DNA of 64,000 nucleotides from assembly GCF_016432865.1 (NCBI RefSeq), contig NC_067400.1, positions 611,816,001 to 611,880,000 of the forward strand, read 5' to 3'. The position numbers and the translations under genes were made by a program. Of the stretch, positions 1 to 11,800 are shown one piece after another. This DNA comes from Antechinus flavipes. Lineage: Eukaryota. The notes beneath the pieces were generated by a model. It made no database searches. It was not told the DNA's origin and saw only the letters and a list, made by a program, of their open reading frames with translations. Numbering within the stretch: the first letter of the stretch is position 1; the number at the start of each line of letters is the position of its first letter.

Positions 1-489
1 TCTTTCTCAGTGAGTCCCAATGGCAGAGGGAGAGAGCGAGGGTGCAAAATTAGGGAGGGTCATGGAGCACAGTTTTTAAAAAGGCGGGTCAGAAAGGAGC
101 ACGGAAAAGCAGGACAGCTGTGAAAGTCCCGGGTTTTCTGCTTTTGCTGGGAAAGAAAATCACAATCTGTTGTTTCACAACCACCTTTTTTCAGGTGGCA
201 GTGAGTTAGGGCGGGTTTGTGAAGTTCTAAACAAATAGAAAAAATTGCTTTGGGTCGATACCGCCCGCACTAGCCTGGTCAATTTGGGTTTTGAGTCTCC
301 TGTTTACAAAACAGGACTCTAGCCTTCCTTGCAGCTCCTGCTGTGCGCTGATCCCACAGTCCTCAGTAACTTGTCTATCCCCACCCCTGCCCTGTTCTCT
401 GCTTTCTCCCTCAGAGAAACTTCTCTTCCTTTTATCACTGAAAGATTCTTCAGGATTTTCCCCATCTCCCATATCCTGATTACAGGTTG

Positions 490-595
490 TCTTTTGGTCT
501 CTCCCTTTGTCTCTCTCCCTCTGCCTCTCTGTCTCTCCCTTTGTCTCCCTCTTGATTCTCTCCCTTTGTCTCTCCCTCTGTCTCTGTCCCCTCAG
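490..595. repeat. CT-rich low-complexity/microsatellite tract
   Basis: Imperfect (TCTC/TGTCTC/CCCTTTGTCTC)n repeats; they explain the spurious low-complexity ORFs at 227-797. Confidence 0.75.
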
Positions 596-1114
596 GCCCC
601 ATCCTCTATCTCCCACACCTCCAGGCCAGGCCAGTCCCACCTCAGACACACATTCCAAACTGAACTCGTGGCCACTCCTCACCTCATTGCTTCATGGGAT
701 CTCACAGCTTCTAAGCAAACATTTCCCAGGGACTGTGCTGGGCCGGGGGAGGGCAGAGGTGGGGAGAGTTAGCGCCGACCCAATCTCGTCCCTGTAGAAT
801 GAGTCGGTCACCCAGGCTTGGGGGTCAGGAGCCCAAGACTCCGGATCTGGTTTTGACTTTAATTTTCAGTTCCAAATTTTCTCCCTTCCTCTGTCCATCT
901 CCCGCCACAGGGAAGGCAAAAAATACAAATCCCTTCCACACAGAAACTCGGACCCTCTCTCACTCTGTGGCCACAGCCAAGCTACGTAAACTCTCTGGGC
1001 CTCCTGGGTCAATGGTGATAAAAACTCACAGTATCTACTGGGCAGAATTATGGGAAAGTTCCAGTGAGATAATGGAGATGGAGAACTTTTCAAATCTCAA
1101 AGCAAGATAATTGC

Positions 1115-1463
1115 NNNNNNNNNNNNNNNNNNNNNNNNNNNNNNNNNNNNNNNNNNNNNNNNNNNNNNNNNNNNNNNNNNNNNNNNNNNNNNNNNNNNNN
1201 NNNNNNNNNNNNNNNNNNNNNNNNNNNNNNNNNNNNNNNNNNNNNNNNNNNNNNNNNNNNNNNNNNNNNNNNNNNNNNNNNNNNNNNNNNNNNNNNNNNN
1301 NNNNNNNNNNNNNNNNNNNNNNNNNNNNNNNNNNNNNNNNNNNNNNNNNNNNNNNNNNNNNNNNNNNNNNNNNNNNNNNNNNNNNNNNNNNNNNNNNNNN
1401 NNNNNNNNNNNNNNNNNNNNNNNNNNNNNNNNNNNNNNNNNNNNNNNNNNNNNNNNNNNNNNN
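1115..1463. other. Assembly gap (349 N)
   Basis: Run of N. It lies in CAPNS1 intron 2 and could hide the short exon 3. Confidence 0.99.
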
Positions 1464-1534
1464 GGAAATCTGGGGTCGGCAGACAGGGGTAATTAGCTGT
1501 AATTTTTTTATCTATGCAAAGGAAAGGGCCACTT

Positions 1535-1720
1535 GCCCGCCCAGTGGATAGGCCATCAGGCCTGGAGTCAGAAAGACCAGAGTTCAAATTCACCCTCACT
1601 AGCCATGTGAGCCTGGGCAAGTCCTTAATCCTGCTTGCCTCAGTTTCCTCACCTGTAAAAATGAGCCGGAGAAGGAAATGGAATACCTCAAGAGGTTTCA
1701 CAAAGAGATGGCCACAGGTA
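1535..1720 (+). mobile_element. Marsupial CORE-SINE (MAR1/MIR-like)
   Basis: tRNA-like head (ggcctggagtcagaaagaccagagttcaaat), CORE (ctgggcaagtc...gcctcagtttcctcacctgtaaaatg) and a ggagaaggaaatgg tail. Confidence 0.7.
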
Positions 1721-3759
1721 AGTGAGCCACGACAATGTAAAGGTGGCGGGGACAAGGCTGATCTCGTTCCAGGTGGGTCTGGAAGGACCGGAAGATGCCT
1801 TAGAAGTCCCTGGCTGTGAGCTGGGACCCGCTACGAGACCATTGAAAGTCTGCATTCTGGGAGGGCTCCCCCTCACCGGGAGTTCCCAACACCAGAGACT
1901 GCCAGTCCAGACCAAAAATTTCCAGAAGATGACACAGGGATTTGTTTTTGATTCTAACAGTTCTCCGGAGCTTGATGGTGGGTGGGGGAGTCTCTGCCAT
2001 GGCTTGCATTGGGAGAGTGTGGTGAGAAAAGACCACAGGCAGAATTTGAACTCGGGCCCTCCTGACTGCAAGGCAGGCCCCCGAACCGTCCCCAACGTGG
2101 CCTCCTTCCCCAGGGTTATGCTTCATGGCTTATCTTTCTCCCTTACCCCCAAACCCTTCACCAAGTCCTCTGGGACGTTCAGCTCCGTTCCCAGCTCCTG
2201 ACTGGCAAGTAGCGCTCCCGCCCCCACCCCGGGAGACTTGCAGCTGGGACGCCCCTGTGAGCGTCTCCTCCCCTCAGGCTGGGCGCAGGATCTGACTTTC
2301 ACCGTGCCCCGGCCCCCAGCGAAGCTTGGCCCCCCGCCAGCACCGAATAAATGCTTTCCCTCTCACCAGATCTATCTCCCACCGCGCTCCTTCCCCCAGA
2401 AGGCTCCCCCTGGGATCCCCTCCTGGAGCTGGGTACCACCTATCACTCCTCTGATCCACAGCCCAAAGCTTAAGGCTGGTGCCACATGGGTCCTGACCGG
2501 CCCTCGCCTCCCTCCCTCCTATCCTTCCCACTGCGGATGCTCCCACACGGCTGGAGGCTCTGGTAAACACCGATGGGGCAAAACACACCAGGAAAGCGCC
2601 CCTGCCCCCAGGGGGCTCACGTCCCACCGCCGGGCTCAGATAAAGCCCCTCATCCACAAAGGGACGGGACCAACGGGAGGAAAGGGGCAGCCCCGCCACG
2701 GGCACATCCAGAAGGAGGCCCGCTCCCTCACCACATCCTCGGCCTTCCTCGCGCTGCTGTCACCCAGCCTGCCACCCTCTGCCGCCGGCATCTCCCCAGG
2801 CCCCGCCCACTGCCCCCAGCAGCCGACCCCCAGGAGCCCGCTCTGCTCCCAGCCCCTCCCTAAGGGCTCGGCCACAGCCTTGTGCCCGACCCCCGACACG
2901 TGACACATCCAGGGCCCCGGAACAGGCCACGGGGGTCTCACTAGAGTCAGACCTGCAGCAGGGGTCCTTGGCTTCCATAAGGACGCCCAACAGGAAACCG
3001 GAGACAAAAAGGGATGGGGGCCGGGCAAGATGCTTCCCCCCCTGGCCGCTTCTGGCTCCCTACAGACTCCCGGGGGAGTCAGAGCCTGCCCTAAGCCGGC
3101 ATCCAGTTCCCCGCTCTCAGCCAGCTCCATTTACTCTCCCCCAGGCCCCCTCCTCCCCACCGGACATTACTCAAACTGTGGGTCTCCAATGTCCATCTGG
3201 AAGGCCCCTATCCCAGCCCCTTTTTACACAGAAGGAAACAGATCTGTCCAGTCACACAAATATTGGGCTTCAAAGGGAAGACTTGAGTCCTTCTGCTTCT
3301 CCCAGCCCCCCAATACATATATATACACACACATCCGTGGCTCCCGCCCTATTGTATCCAGACTATGGAGCTCTCGGGGCAGGGGGCTCCCTCTGGTCCG
3401 TGCCCATCCCCCACCTCCCGGGGTCCCTCCGGCGTGTCTGACTCTGGGGAGCCTCAGTTTCCTCAGCTGTGAGGGGCACCAGTGAGACCCCTTCCGGACC
3501 TTCCGGGCCAAATAAATTCAGAACCTTTTCAATCCTGGGCACACCGGGGAGTCCCAACCCCCTCATTCATGGGAAGCCCGGGTTCAAGAGAAGTTTCTTG
3601 GCTCTTCCCTGCATTGTAAACAGAGCCTGGTCTGAACCAATCCCCGCCTCGGCCAACACCTGCCATGACTTCTACTGCAGCAGGTTAACACTGCTTAAGC
3701 GGATTCACCAACTGGCTCCCGCCCACTCCCCTTCCCAGCTTCCTCCGGGACCTCCCCAC

Positions 3760-4020
3760 GTCCGGGGCTCCCCCTACCCCAGGCTCCCTATGTCCCGGGG
3801 CTCCCCATATTCCGGCCCCCTCATATGGTGGAGCTCTCCATATCCTAGGCCCTCTCATGTCCCGGGGCTCCCCATATTCCTGGCTCCCCATGTCTCGGGG
3901 CTCCCCCTACCCCAGGCTCCCCGTGTCCCGGGGCTCCCCATATTCCGGCCCCCTCCCGTCCCGGGGCTCCCCATATTCCGGCCCCCTCCCGTCCCGGGGC
4001 TCCCCATGCCCAGGTTTCCC
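3760..4020. repeat. GC-rich minisatellite in CAPNS1 intron 2
   Basis: Repeated units such as gtcccggggctccccatattccggccccctccc (about 32 bp) interleaved with ggggctccccctaccccaggctccc variants. Confidence 0.85.
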
Positions 4021-4057
4021 CTGACCGCAGCTCAGGGACCCCAGGACCCCGGCTCAC

Positions 4058-4353
4058 CTGATGGCGTTGATGACGCCGCCTAGGAAGCCCATGGCGCCCC
4101 CCGCCCTGCCGCCGCCGCCGCCGCCGCCGCCTCCACCGCCTCCGCTGAGCAGCCCCCCGATGACATTGCCGATGCCTCCAGCGCCGCCGCCGCCTCCGCC
4201 GCCGCCGCCGCCGCTGAGCAGCCCCCCGATGACATTGCCGATGCCGCCGCCGCCGCCGCCCCCTCCGCCGCCGCTGAGCAGCCCCCCGAGAGCGTTGCCG
4301 GCTCCGCCGCCGCCGCCGCCCTTGCCGCCCAGGAATGAATTAACCAGGAACAT
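4058..4353 (-). CDS. CAPNS1: Calpain small subunit 1, first coding exon (Gly-rich domain V); gene continues beyond the left edge or into the gap
   Basis: Translates MFLVNSFLGGKGGGGGGAGN...GAMGFLGGVINAI(S), matching the CAPNS1 N-terminus (MFLVNSFL...LGGVISAIS). Phase-2 donor AG|GTGAGC at 4057. Position next to TBCB matches human synteny. Exon 3 (EAAAQYNPEPP) was not found in 1-4057. Confidence 0.95.
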
Positions 4354-4689
4354 GTCTGCAGGACCTGGGGCGGGGAGGTGGGGGGGAACACGAGTCAGGA
4401 CCCCGGCCCGGCCGAGACGCGCGGCGGGAGTGCTCGGGGCGGCAGCGGGGGTCTCGAGGCGGGTTTGAGGGGCTGGGAGTCAGGGGAGTCTGGGGCTGGC
4501 TTGGGGCCCTCGGGTTGGGGGGAGCGCTTGCTTGTGACTGAGCATGGGGGTCAGGAAACATGGGACAGGCGGCACTGAAGCAGGCGTTTGGGGTGCTCGA
4601 GGCCAGGCTGGGGGAGACCTGAGCGGGGCTGGGGATCCCGGCCTGGGGGGTGTCTCTGACTCGGAGCCCGGATCTGGGGACCCTCTCAC

Positions 4690-4930
4690 CCTGATCTCGG
4701 CCTCAGTTTCCCGGCTCCGGACTGGCGTCCTATCCTCCGAGATCCGCTCCAGTCGGGTCCGGCGCAGGAGGGTCGGGCGGGGCCGGGGTGACTCAGGGGC
4801 GGCCCCGCCCGGGGCGACGTTCCTTCTCTGGGCGTCCGCGCGGCCCTAGAGCCCAGTCGCCCGGACCTGCCGCTCCGGCCCCGCCCCTTCCCGCTGCATA
4901 ACGGGACCCTGGCGTCCCCGCCCCCCCCGC
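4690..4930 (-). promoter_or_regulatory. CAPNS1: CAPNS1 non-coding first exon and CpG-island promoter
   Basis: Donor G|GTGAGA at 4689; multiple GC boxes (GGGCGGGG/CCCCGCCCC); perfect AP-1 TGACTCA at 4789-4795 and 5011-5017; no TATA box. TSS not determinable. Confidence 0.65.
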
Positions 4931-6439
4931 TGCTCCCCAGAACGGGATGCCGGTGAAGAAGGGGTGGATGTCTGCGCCTTTAAAAACCCCACCAAGTTCC
5001 CCCCTCCCCGTGACTCAGGACAGACTCTTTCTGGAGCTCTCGGGACCCACGCGGGGCTGCGAGGACACGCGAGGAACTATGCTGGGACGCCCGGGTCCCG
5101 GGGGCTAAGGCGGGGGGCGGGGCATCAGCCTAGCCTAGCCGGGGAAGGAGGGGAGAGGACTTGGATGACTCCTCCGTCCCCATCCCTGTCCCCGCCCCCC
5201 GGAAGCCAGGCCCTGGTTTCACTCCGCAGCTCCGGGGGCCATTCCGAGAAGCGGAAGTGACTGGGGTGGGGAGGGGAGACGATATGCCCGCGGCTCCGGG
5301 TGGGGCCAGTCCTCGTTCAGGGGGCGGGGCTATGGGGCACTTGCCCAGCCCCTTCCGTGGCTCCCAAAGTCTGCTCCACCTTTGTGGCTCACCCGTGCGG
5401 CGCTGGTCACTCTCCGCTTCCTCACTCGTGCCCCTCCACCCCCTGCCCGCCTGGCCTTTCCCGGCTCCCCCGTTGCAGCGTCCACTCATCGTAGGGAGGG
5501 ATTGTTTGCGATAGAATGCAAACGAGCACAGATTAAGTGCTAAGGGAATTTCGAAGGGAAGGAGAAAGTGCCTACTGTGTTCCAAGCTCTATGCCGCTAA
5601 GTCTTAGGACCTAGGACAGTGTCGGGCACTTAGTGGGGACTGACCAATGCTTGCCGAGTCACTGATAGCCCAAAGAAGTCTAAAAACAAATCACGTCTGA
5701 AACAATTCACTCTGTTGGGAACTACGGGGAAATTACAAGTCTGGCGGAAATGAGGTTCGGACCCGCTAGTCAGACCACATTCCACAATCATTCCAAAATA
5801 GCCGTGGCCCGATCGGGAGCCTGGGGCCAGACCCGGGATTTCACGGAGTAGGGAACTCCGGAAGGAATCAATTCCCTCCACCAACTCGGTAGCACACCCT
5901 TGGGAATTTAGTGCCGAGGCTGGTGTTTGCTTCAGGTCATACTGGAGAGAGCTCCTGAAGACCCGTCTGAAAGGCCACAGGGCACCCCATTATACCACGC
6001 CCCAAATGCCTGAGAAGGGTACGTTTAAATAGGGCAAGGGTTTTTTTTCCCCTAAAAATTATTTTTTAGCATTCTTCCCTCTGAACCGTTTCTTATAATA
6101 GAAAAATGAAAGTCAGCACTCACTGAATATATCAAAAAAGGTTCTAAGACACGAAATTGTGGCCCTCCCCAGTTCCACAAAGTGCGAGAGAGTTAGATTA
6201 AGATCAAGCTGACCATATCACTTCTTTGGAGTCATGTTTGATCTCTATAATTTTGTGGAGGTGATTTCTGTACCAAACAAGAGATGGGGGAAATCACAAA
6301 AAACAGCTAAGTTTGCTTAGTTGAAACTCAAGTTCTGCATGAACAAGATTAATGCCAGGAAGATAAAATTAAGTGTGAAAATATCTATGATATTTCTGAT
6401 CTTTGGGTTCGTATCTAAGCTATATAAAAGCTAACAGAA

Positions 6440-7500
6440 ACCTCTAAGATCAAGTCATTCCAATAGAGCAAGTGGCCTGGACAGTTCTCCAAAGAATGCA
6501 AATTACTAACCACAGGTATATGAATGTAATGGAATATTATTGTTCTGTAAGAAATGATGAGCGGGCTTTTTTTCAGAAAGGGCTGGAGAGACTTCCGTGC
6601 ACTGATGCTGAAGTGGGCAGAAGGGGGAGAACACTGTGCACAGCAACAAGATTTATGTAACGATTGCTATGGGACACTCTGGCAAGTCATTTTGCCTCAT
6701 CACCATCAACAAAAAATGATATGATCAGCTATGACTTAGCTCTTTTCAGCAATGAGGTGATCCAAAACAATTCCAATAGACTTGGGATAGAAAATGCCAC
6801 CATATCCAGAGAGAGAACTATGGAGACAATGTGGATTGAAGCAGAGTATTTTCATCCTTTTTTTTCTTTCTCATTCTCTCCCCCCCTTTTGTCCTGATTT
6901 TTCTTGTACAACAAATATGGAAATGTTTAAAAGGATCACACATAATATTTGGCTTATATCAGATTACTTGCTATCTTGAGGGAATGAGGGAATTAAGAAG
7001 GGAAGGAGAAAAATTTAGAATACTATCTTAGAAAAATGAATACTGAAAACTACTTCATGTATTTGGAAAAATAAAATGCTATTTAAAAAAAGAAAAGAAA
7101 CCTAGGAATCTAAAGACTTTAGCCTTTTTACACAAGAGTCTTTCCCAGCACTCGAATGCTATAAAAATATATGCTATAATTTATAATACATATTATTAAA
7201 AACTTAAAATTAAAAAAAAGGAAAAAAAAAGCCATCTGTATCCACAGAATTATGGAGACTGAATGAGGTTTATCAAAGCATTTGTGGGGTTTTTTGTTTG
7301 TTTTTTCCCCCTTTTGTTCTGATTGTTTTTTTTACAACATGACTAATATGGAAATGTATTTAAAATGACTGTATATGTATAACCTATATTAGATTGCTTG
7401 CTATCTTGGGAGGGAAAAAAATTGGAACTCAAAATGTTACAAAAATTACTGTTGAAAACGATCTTTAAATGTAATTGGAAAAATAAAATACTATTGGAAA
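6440..7500 (+). mobile_element. Two 5'-truncated marsupial L1 3'-end fragments
   Basis: Typical L1 ORF2-end/3'UTR text (aatggaatattattgttctgtaagaaatgat...gcaacaagatt...attccaatagacttggg...aaaataaaatgct) with A-rich tails near 7085 and 7210-7230. Confidence 0.8.
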
Positions 7501-8671
7501 ATGATTAACCATATGAAAGAATACTCCAAATTACTAAAAATTAGAAAAATGCCTATCAAAATAATGATGAAGCTTCACTTTTAACTCTGTAAACTTATTA
7601 ATAATGACAAAGGGAGGGGATGGGCTCACTTGGACTATTTTAATTTATGGGGATGAGAACTCCCAGACTGATGATCTCATCATGGCAATTTTATCCACAG
7701 ATGCAATCAGCAACTCCTTAGTCACTTTAACAGCCAGAGGTGATTGCCTGGAAACACTGAGATGATGGGATTTGCCCAGGATGACCAAGCCAGAAAGTGT
7801 AAGAGGAAGGACTCAAACTCTGGTCAGTATTCCCTCCTACAAATTGAGCCCCACTGGGGGCTACACCTACTGGCTCAATTTCAGTTGTTTACTCAGGTCT
7901 CCATTTAGTGTTTTCTCGGCAAAGATACTGGGGAGGGAAAGGGGGGGGAAAGAGGGAGGTGTCACCATCTCCTTAAACAAGGGAAACTGAGGCAATCCAC
8001 ATCCCCAAAGGAAACTGGGGAGAAGGCGAACTCCATAGAGGTTGGGCAGAGAGGATTAAGTGACTTTTGTCAGGGTCCCACAGCTAAAATGTGTCTGAGG
8101 CTAAATTTGAACTCTGGAAGAGAAAGTTTCCAGAGCTCTGTGCATTATATCGCCATCTAGCGGCCTGGACTTCAGCAGCTTTTAATTAAAATCTTCCAAA
8201 TATAAAATTATGACAGGTGCTTGGCCCAAAAGAAGATATCCTTCCCTCCCTTCTTAGGCGAGCTGGGGGATAGTGGGTGTTGAACACCGCAGATGTGGTT
8301 GAGTTGACTTTTTGGTTTTAGTTTTTATTCTGCTAAGGGATGAGCCTCTGGGAAAGGTCAGAGGTGATGTAGAGCAAGAAGTCAAACGCTTAACGAGATG
8401 GCCACTGGCCTCTGGTCTTTCTTCTCTTCAAAATGCCTTCCAAGCAAGCCCCCAGAAGGCGGTTCTGAAGGGACCGGAGTAAGCGCATCCTTGTCCCTCT
8501 GGGCCCAGGCCACTTCTGGGCTGGCCAGACAACGAGGGAAGGGAAGGCTGACTTCTCATCAGGCTCCCCGCTGCTCCTTCAGAGCCCACACACGCCACAC
8601 TGCCCTCCTTGACCACCCATCATCTGTATACAGCACTGAGAGGCTCTCTCCCTCCAAGGGAATCAGCGGCA

Positions 8672-8677
8672 TTTAAT
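8672..8677 (-). terminator. TBCB: Candidate TBCB poly(A) signal (ATTAAA)
   Basis: ATTAAA on the minus strand about 210 nt after the stop codon; an AATAAA alternative lies at 8324-8329. Confidence 0.45.
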
Positions 8678-8887
8678 TCACTTGTCTCACAAACTCACAA
8701 GAGCCAAGGGGAAAATAAGATAAAAAATACAACTCAAGTTAGGGAAGGGAAGAGGGAATACACCACAGACATGGAAAAGGGGGGAGAGGGAAGGTCCCAG
8801 GCTGGAGGGTGGGGAAAGAAGGGGAGGCTGCATCCAAGGGGACGACCCCCCCCAGTAGTGTTTAACCCCCCACCCCCACCAGGGGGG

Positions 8888-11800
8888 TCACATCTCATCA
8901 TCGTCCAGTCCGTAGTCTTCCTCTGGGAAGTCCCCAACGGTCACCGTGTGTGGCTTGACAAAGGCACCATACTTGTCCTGGCACTCAAAGTATCGTTTGC
9001 CATTCACGCTGCAGACAACAAAGAGTATTGGAGGCCACACACACTCTCCCTCCTCCCCCCAGGGCTGGGTCCTCGAGGGGCTCTTGCCTCACCTGCCGTC
9101 ATGTTTCCCCAGTGGCTCATCGTAGCGCACGCCGACCCAGTAGCCAGGCTTGAAATCCGTGAGTCCTGCCCAGAAGCAGCAGCCCCATGAGGACCTGGCT
9201 GAGCCCAGGGCTGCCCCATGGTGGGGGGGGTCCCGCCTCTTCCGCCTCCCAAAGTGCCGCCCCAGGATCCCTGGGGGATGGGCCTCATCCCTCCCAGCCT
9301 CCCCGCCCTGGCCCTCAGGGCACTCACCCACATACATGACGGTGCCCCGCTTGGTGGGCTGGCCCGACGCCTGCACTTGGCAGCGGCTCCCCACCGGGAT
9401 GGCCTGGGCCTGGGCCTCCTCCTCGGCCAGGCGCTGGGCCGCCTCGGCCTCCCGCCGCTTCTGCTCCTCTTCATTGAATTTGCCCATCTTGCTGCGCTTC
9501 AGGAAGGAGCGTACGGAGTCTGGAGGCCAGGGGTCAAGGGGGTCACTGCCCCACACTCACACCCCCTGCCTCCCCCCATTTCTCCCCCCATTTCCCTGTC
9601 CCCCCTTCCTCCTGCTGCTGTACCCGTTCTGCTTTCATAGGCTGACTGGGAGAGCTCAAACTTCTCCACCTGGGACAGGTCCTCATACTCGCCCAGACGG
9701 GCCCCGCTGCGGTCGATGACCTGTGGAGAGATGGTGACTGAGCCCGAGGCCTGCCCCTCCCCAGCCCACTGTGTGTGTGTGTGTGGGGGGGGGGCCATGG
9801 CCTCCCTCAGCCCAGGATCTTGGTGGGGGGGGCCCTCCACAGGAAGCATGGCAGAGCTGACAGGGAGGGGCAGAGGGACGGGGCAGGGGAGGTCTCTCAC
9901 GTGGATCCTGCAGCCATCATCCACTGGGTAGGAGCCCAAGAGCGCGTCATCCTGGTCGAGTTTCATGCAGAAGCGATCATCGGCAGTGTAGAGCTCCAAG
10001 TCCATGCAGGAGGCAGGGCTCCCCACGACCAGCTCCAGTTTGCACTGGGGGACGGGCACTCAGTGAGTCGGGGCCGGCTGGGAAGGTGCTGACCCTACTA
10101 TGTGGCCTTCTGACTGCACCCGGCCCAGCTGAGGCGGCTGAGTTACGGGGGGGTGGGGGGGTGAGGGCGTGGCACAGGCCTGGTGCCTTTCCTGTCTCCC
10201 AGATGTGTGGAACCCTCCCCCCAGATTCTTGGTCTCCTCCCCCCAAGCTGAGGCCCCAGAATCCTCCTTTCCAGCCTCATCCTCCCTCCTTCTCCCTCTG
10301 AAGATAAACCTCCCCTCCCAGAGTCTCAGCCCCACTGGCTCTGGCCCACCGGTTCCCCACTCCTGCACCACTCAGGCCTTCTTCCACCCCATCCCAAGGC
10401 CAGCCAGTATGTATATATTAGGCACTCACAACAGGCTGGGCACAGGACTAATGGGGCGGGGCAGGGCCTGCAACAATCACCTACAGATAAAACATGGGTC
10501 TGATCAAATGGCGTCCAGCCGCAGGGAGGCACTAGAATTCAGTGGGCTTGGAAAAGGCTTCCTGTGGGAGGGACCCGAGGAAGCCTAGAAACAGAGATGA
10601 GGAGGGGGAACAGCCAGGGGAAATGCCTGGAGGCTGGAGATAGAAGGCTGGAAGCTGTCTTACTCCAGAAACAGCAGAGCCCAGAGTGAGGTGTGAGAAA
10701 ACTGGAAAGGCAGAAAGGGGCCAATCTCTGAAGGGCTTTAAATGAAAAAAAGGGTTGTTTTTTTTTTAATATAGAGTGTCCTGACACATAGTTACAACAT
10801 AGTATTTTCACTTTTTAGGGCAATTTTAAATTATTAAAGTTTAAAATTGCTCTAAGTCTTTGGGGACACCCTTTATTGAACCTGGAGTTAATAAGGAGCC
10901 ACTGCACTTTCTACTGCCCCTTCTATGATCCAGACTTTCTCTTATCTTCAATCCTGAGCTTTGAATTGGCTCCTTCCTCACTGCCTACAAATGACCCTAT
11001 CTCCCTCATCCTTAAAATTCTCTGAGCTGACCCTCCATTCCCCTACATATGTACATCTGGCCCTCGGCTCAGTGGCCTGACTCTTGGAGTAAGACGGCCT
11101 CCATCTCTTCTCCTCCCACTTGGTTATATACATTTCACCATCCAACCAAAATTTCTCTCTCCAAAGTCATCAGTGACTTCTTTACTGCAAATCTTCTTTT
11201 CTCCTTCTTGACCTCTCTCCACTCTTGTCAAGAAGGGTCAGTGGCTGTCTCAGGTGCTTTCCGCTCCCAAGTTCTCCCTCATCCCAGAAATCCCACAAGC
11301 CCTACAGGGCCTCTCTCTGTCCTCTAATTACTGCCTTCCCATGACCCCTTCCCACCTTAGCCACCACTCACAAGCGATTCCCACTGCTCCGCCTGCCTTG
11401 CAACTGCAAGCCCTGCATCCTTCCAGCCCCAAGTTCTCTCCCAGGTCAATCTCTCTTTTTTTATTGTGACCCCTTGAATTTGGTGAGCGACTCTGGCTCT
11501 CCATTGTCCTCTTGTCCTCAGTCCCTCATCCCCTTATCCTAACGAAGACCTTGCCTTGTCCAACCTGCACCTTGGATCATTCCCACCACTCACTGCTGTC
11601 ACTCTGGATTCCTTGTGGCTACATATACATATTTCTGTTATAGAATCTCAACTGAGCCCACACTGCTGCAAGGAAATCCATTTTCCAATTTATTCCACAT
11701 CTCTTCAGCCCTCCTCAAAACTCTGCCCTCATTCTGTCAGCCAAGACCTTGCTTCCTATTTTATAGAATAACTGAAGCTGGTCACCTTGAGCTTGATCCT

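Noticed and set aside
1090-1755. ORFs spanning the N run
   Set aside because: Artefacts of the assembly gap.
3760-4020. Repeat arrays resembling CRISPR
   Set aside because: No unique spacers, no cas genes, and a eukaryotic intron context; this and the 63-kb array are minisatellites.
4061-4468. Poly-Pro (formin-like) ORF on the plus strand
   Set aside because: Antisense shadow of the CAPNS1 poly-Gly exon.
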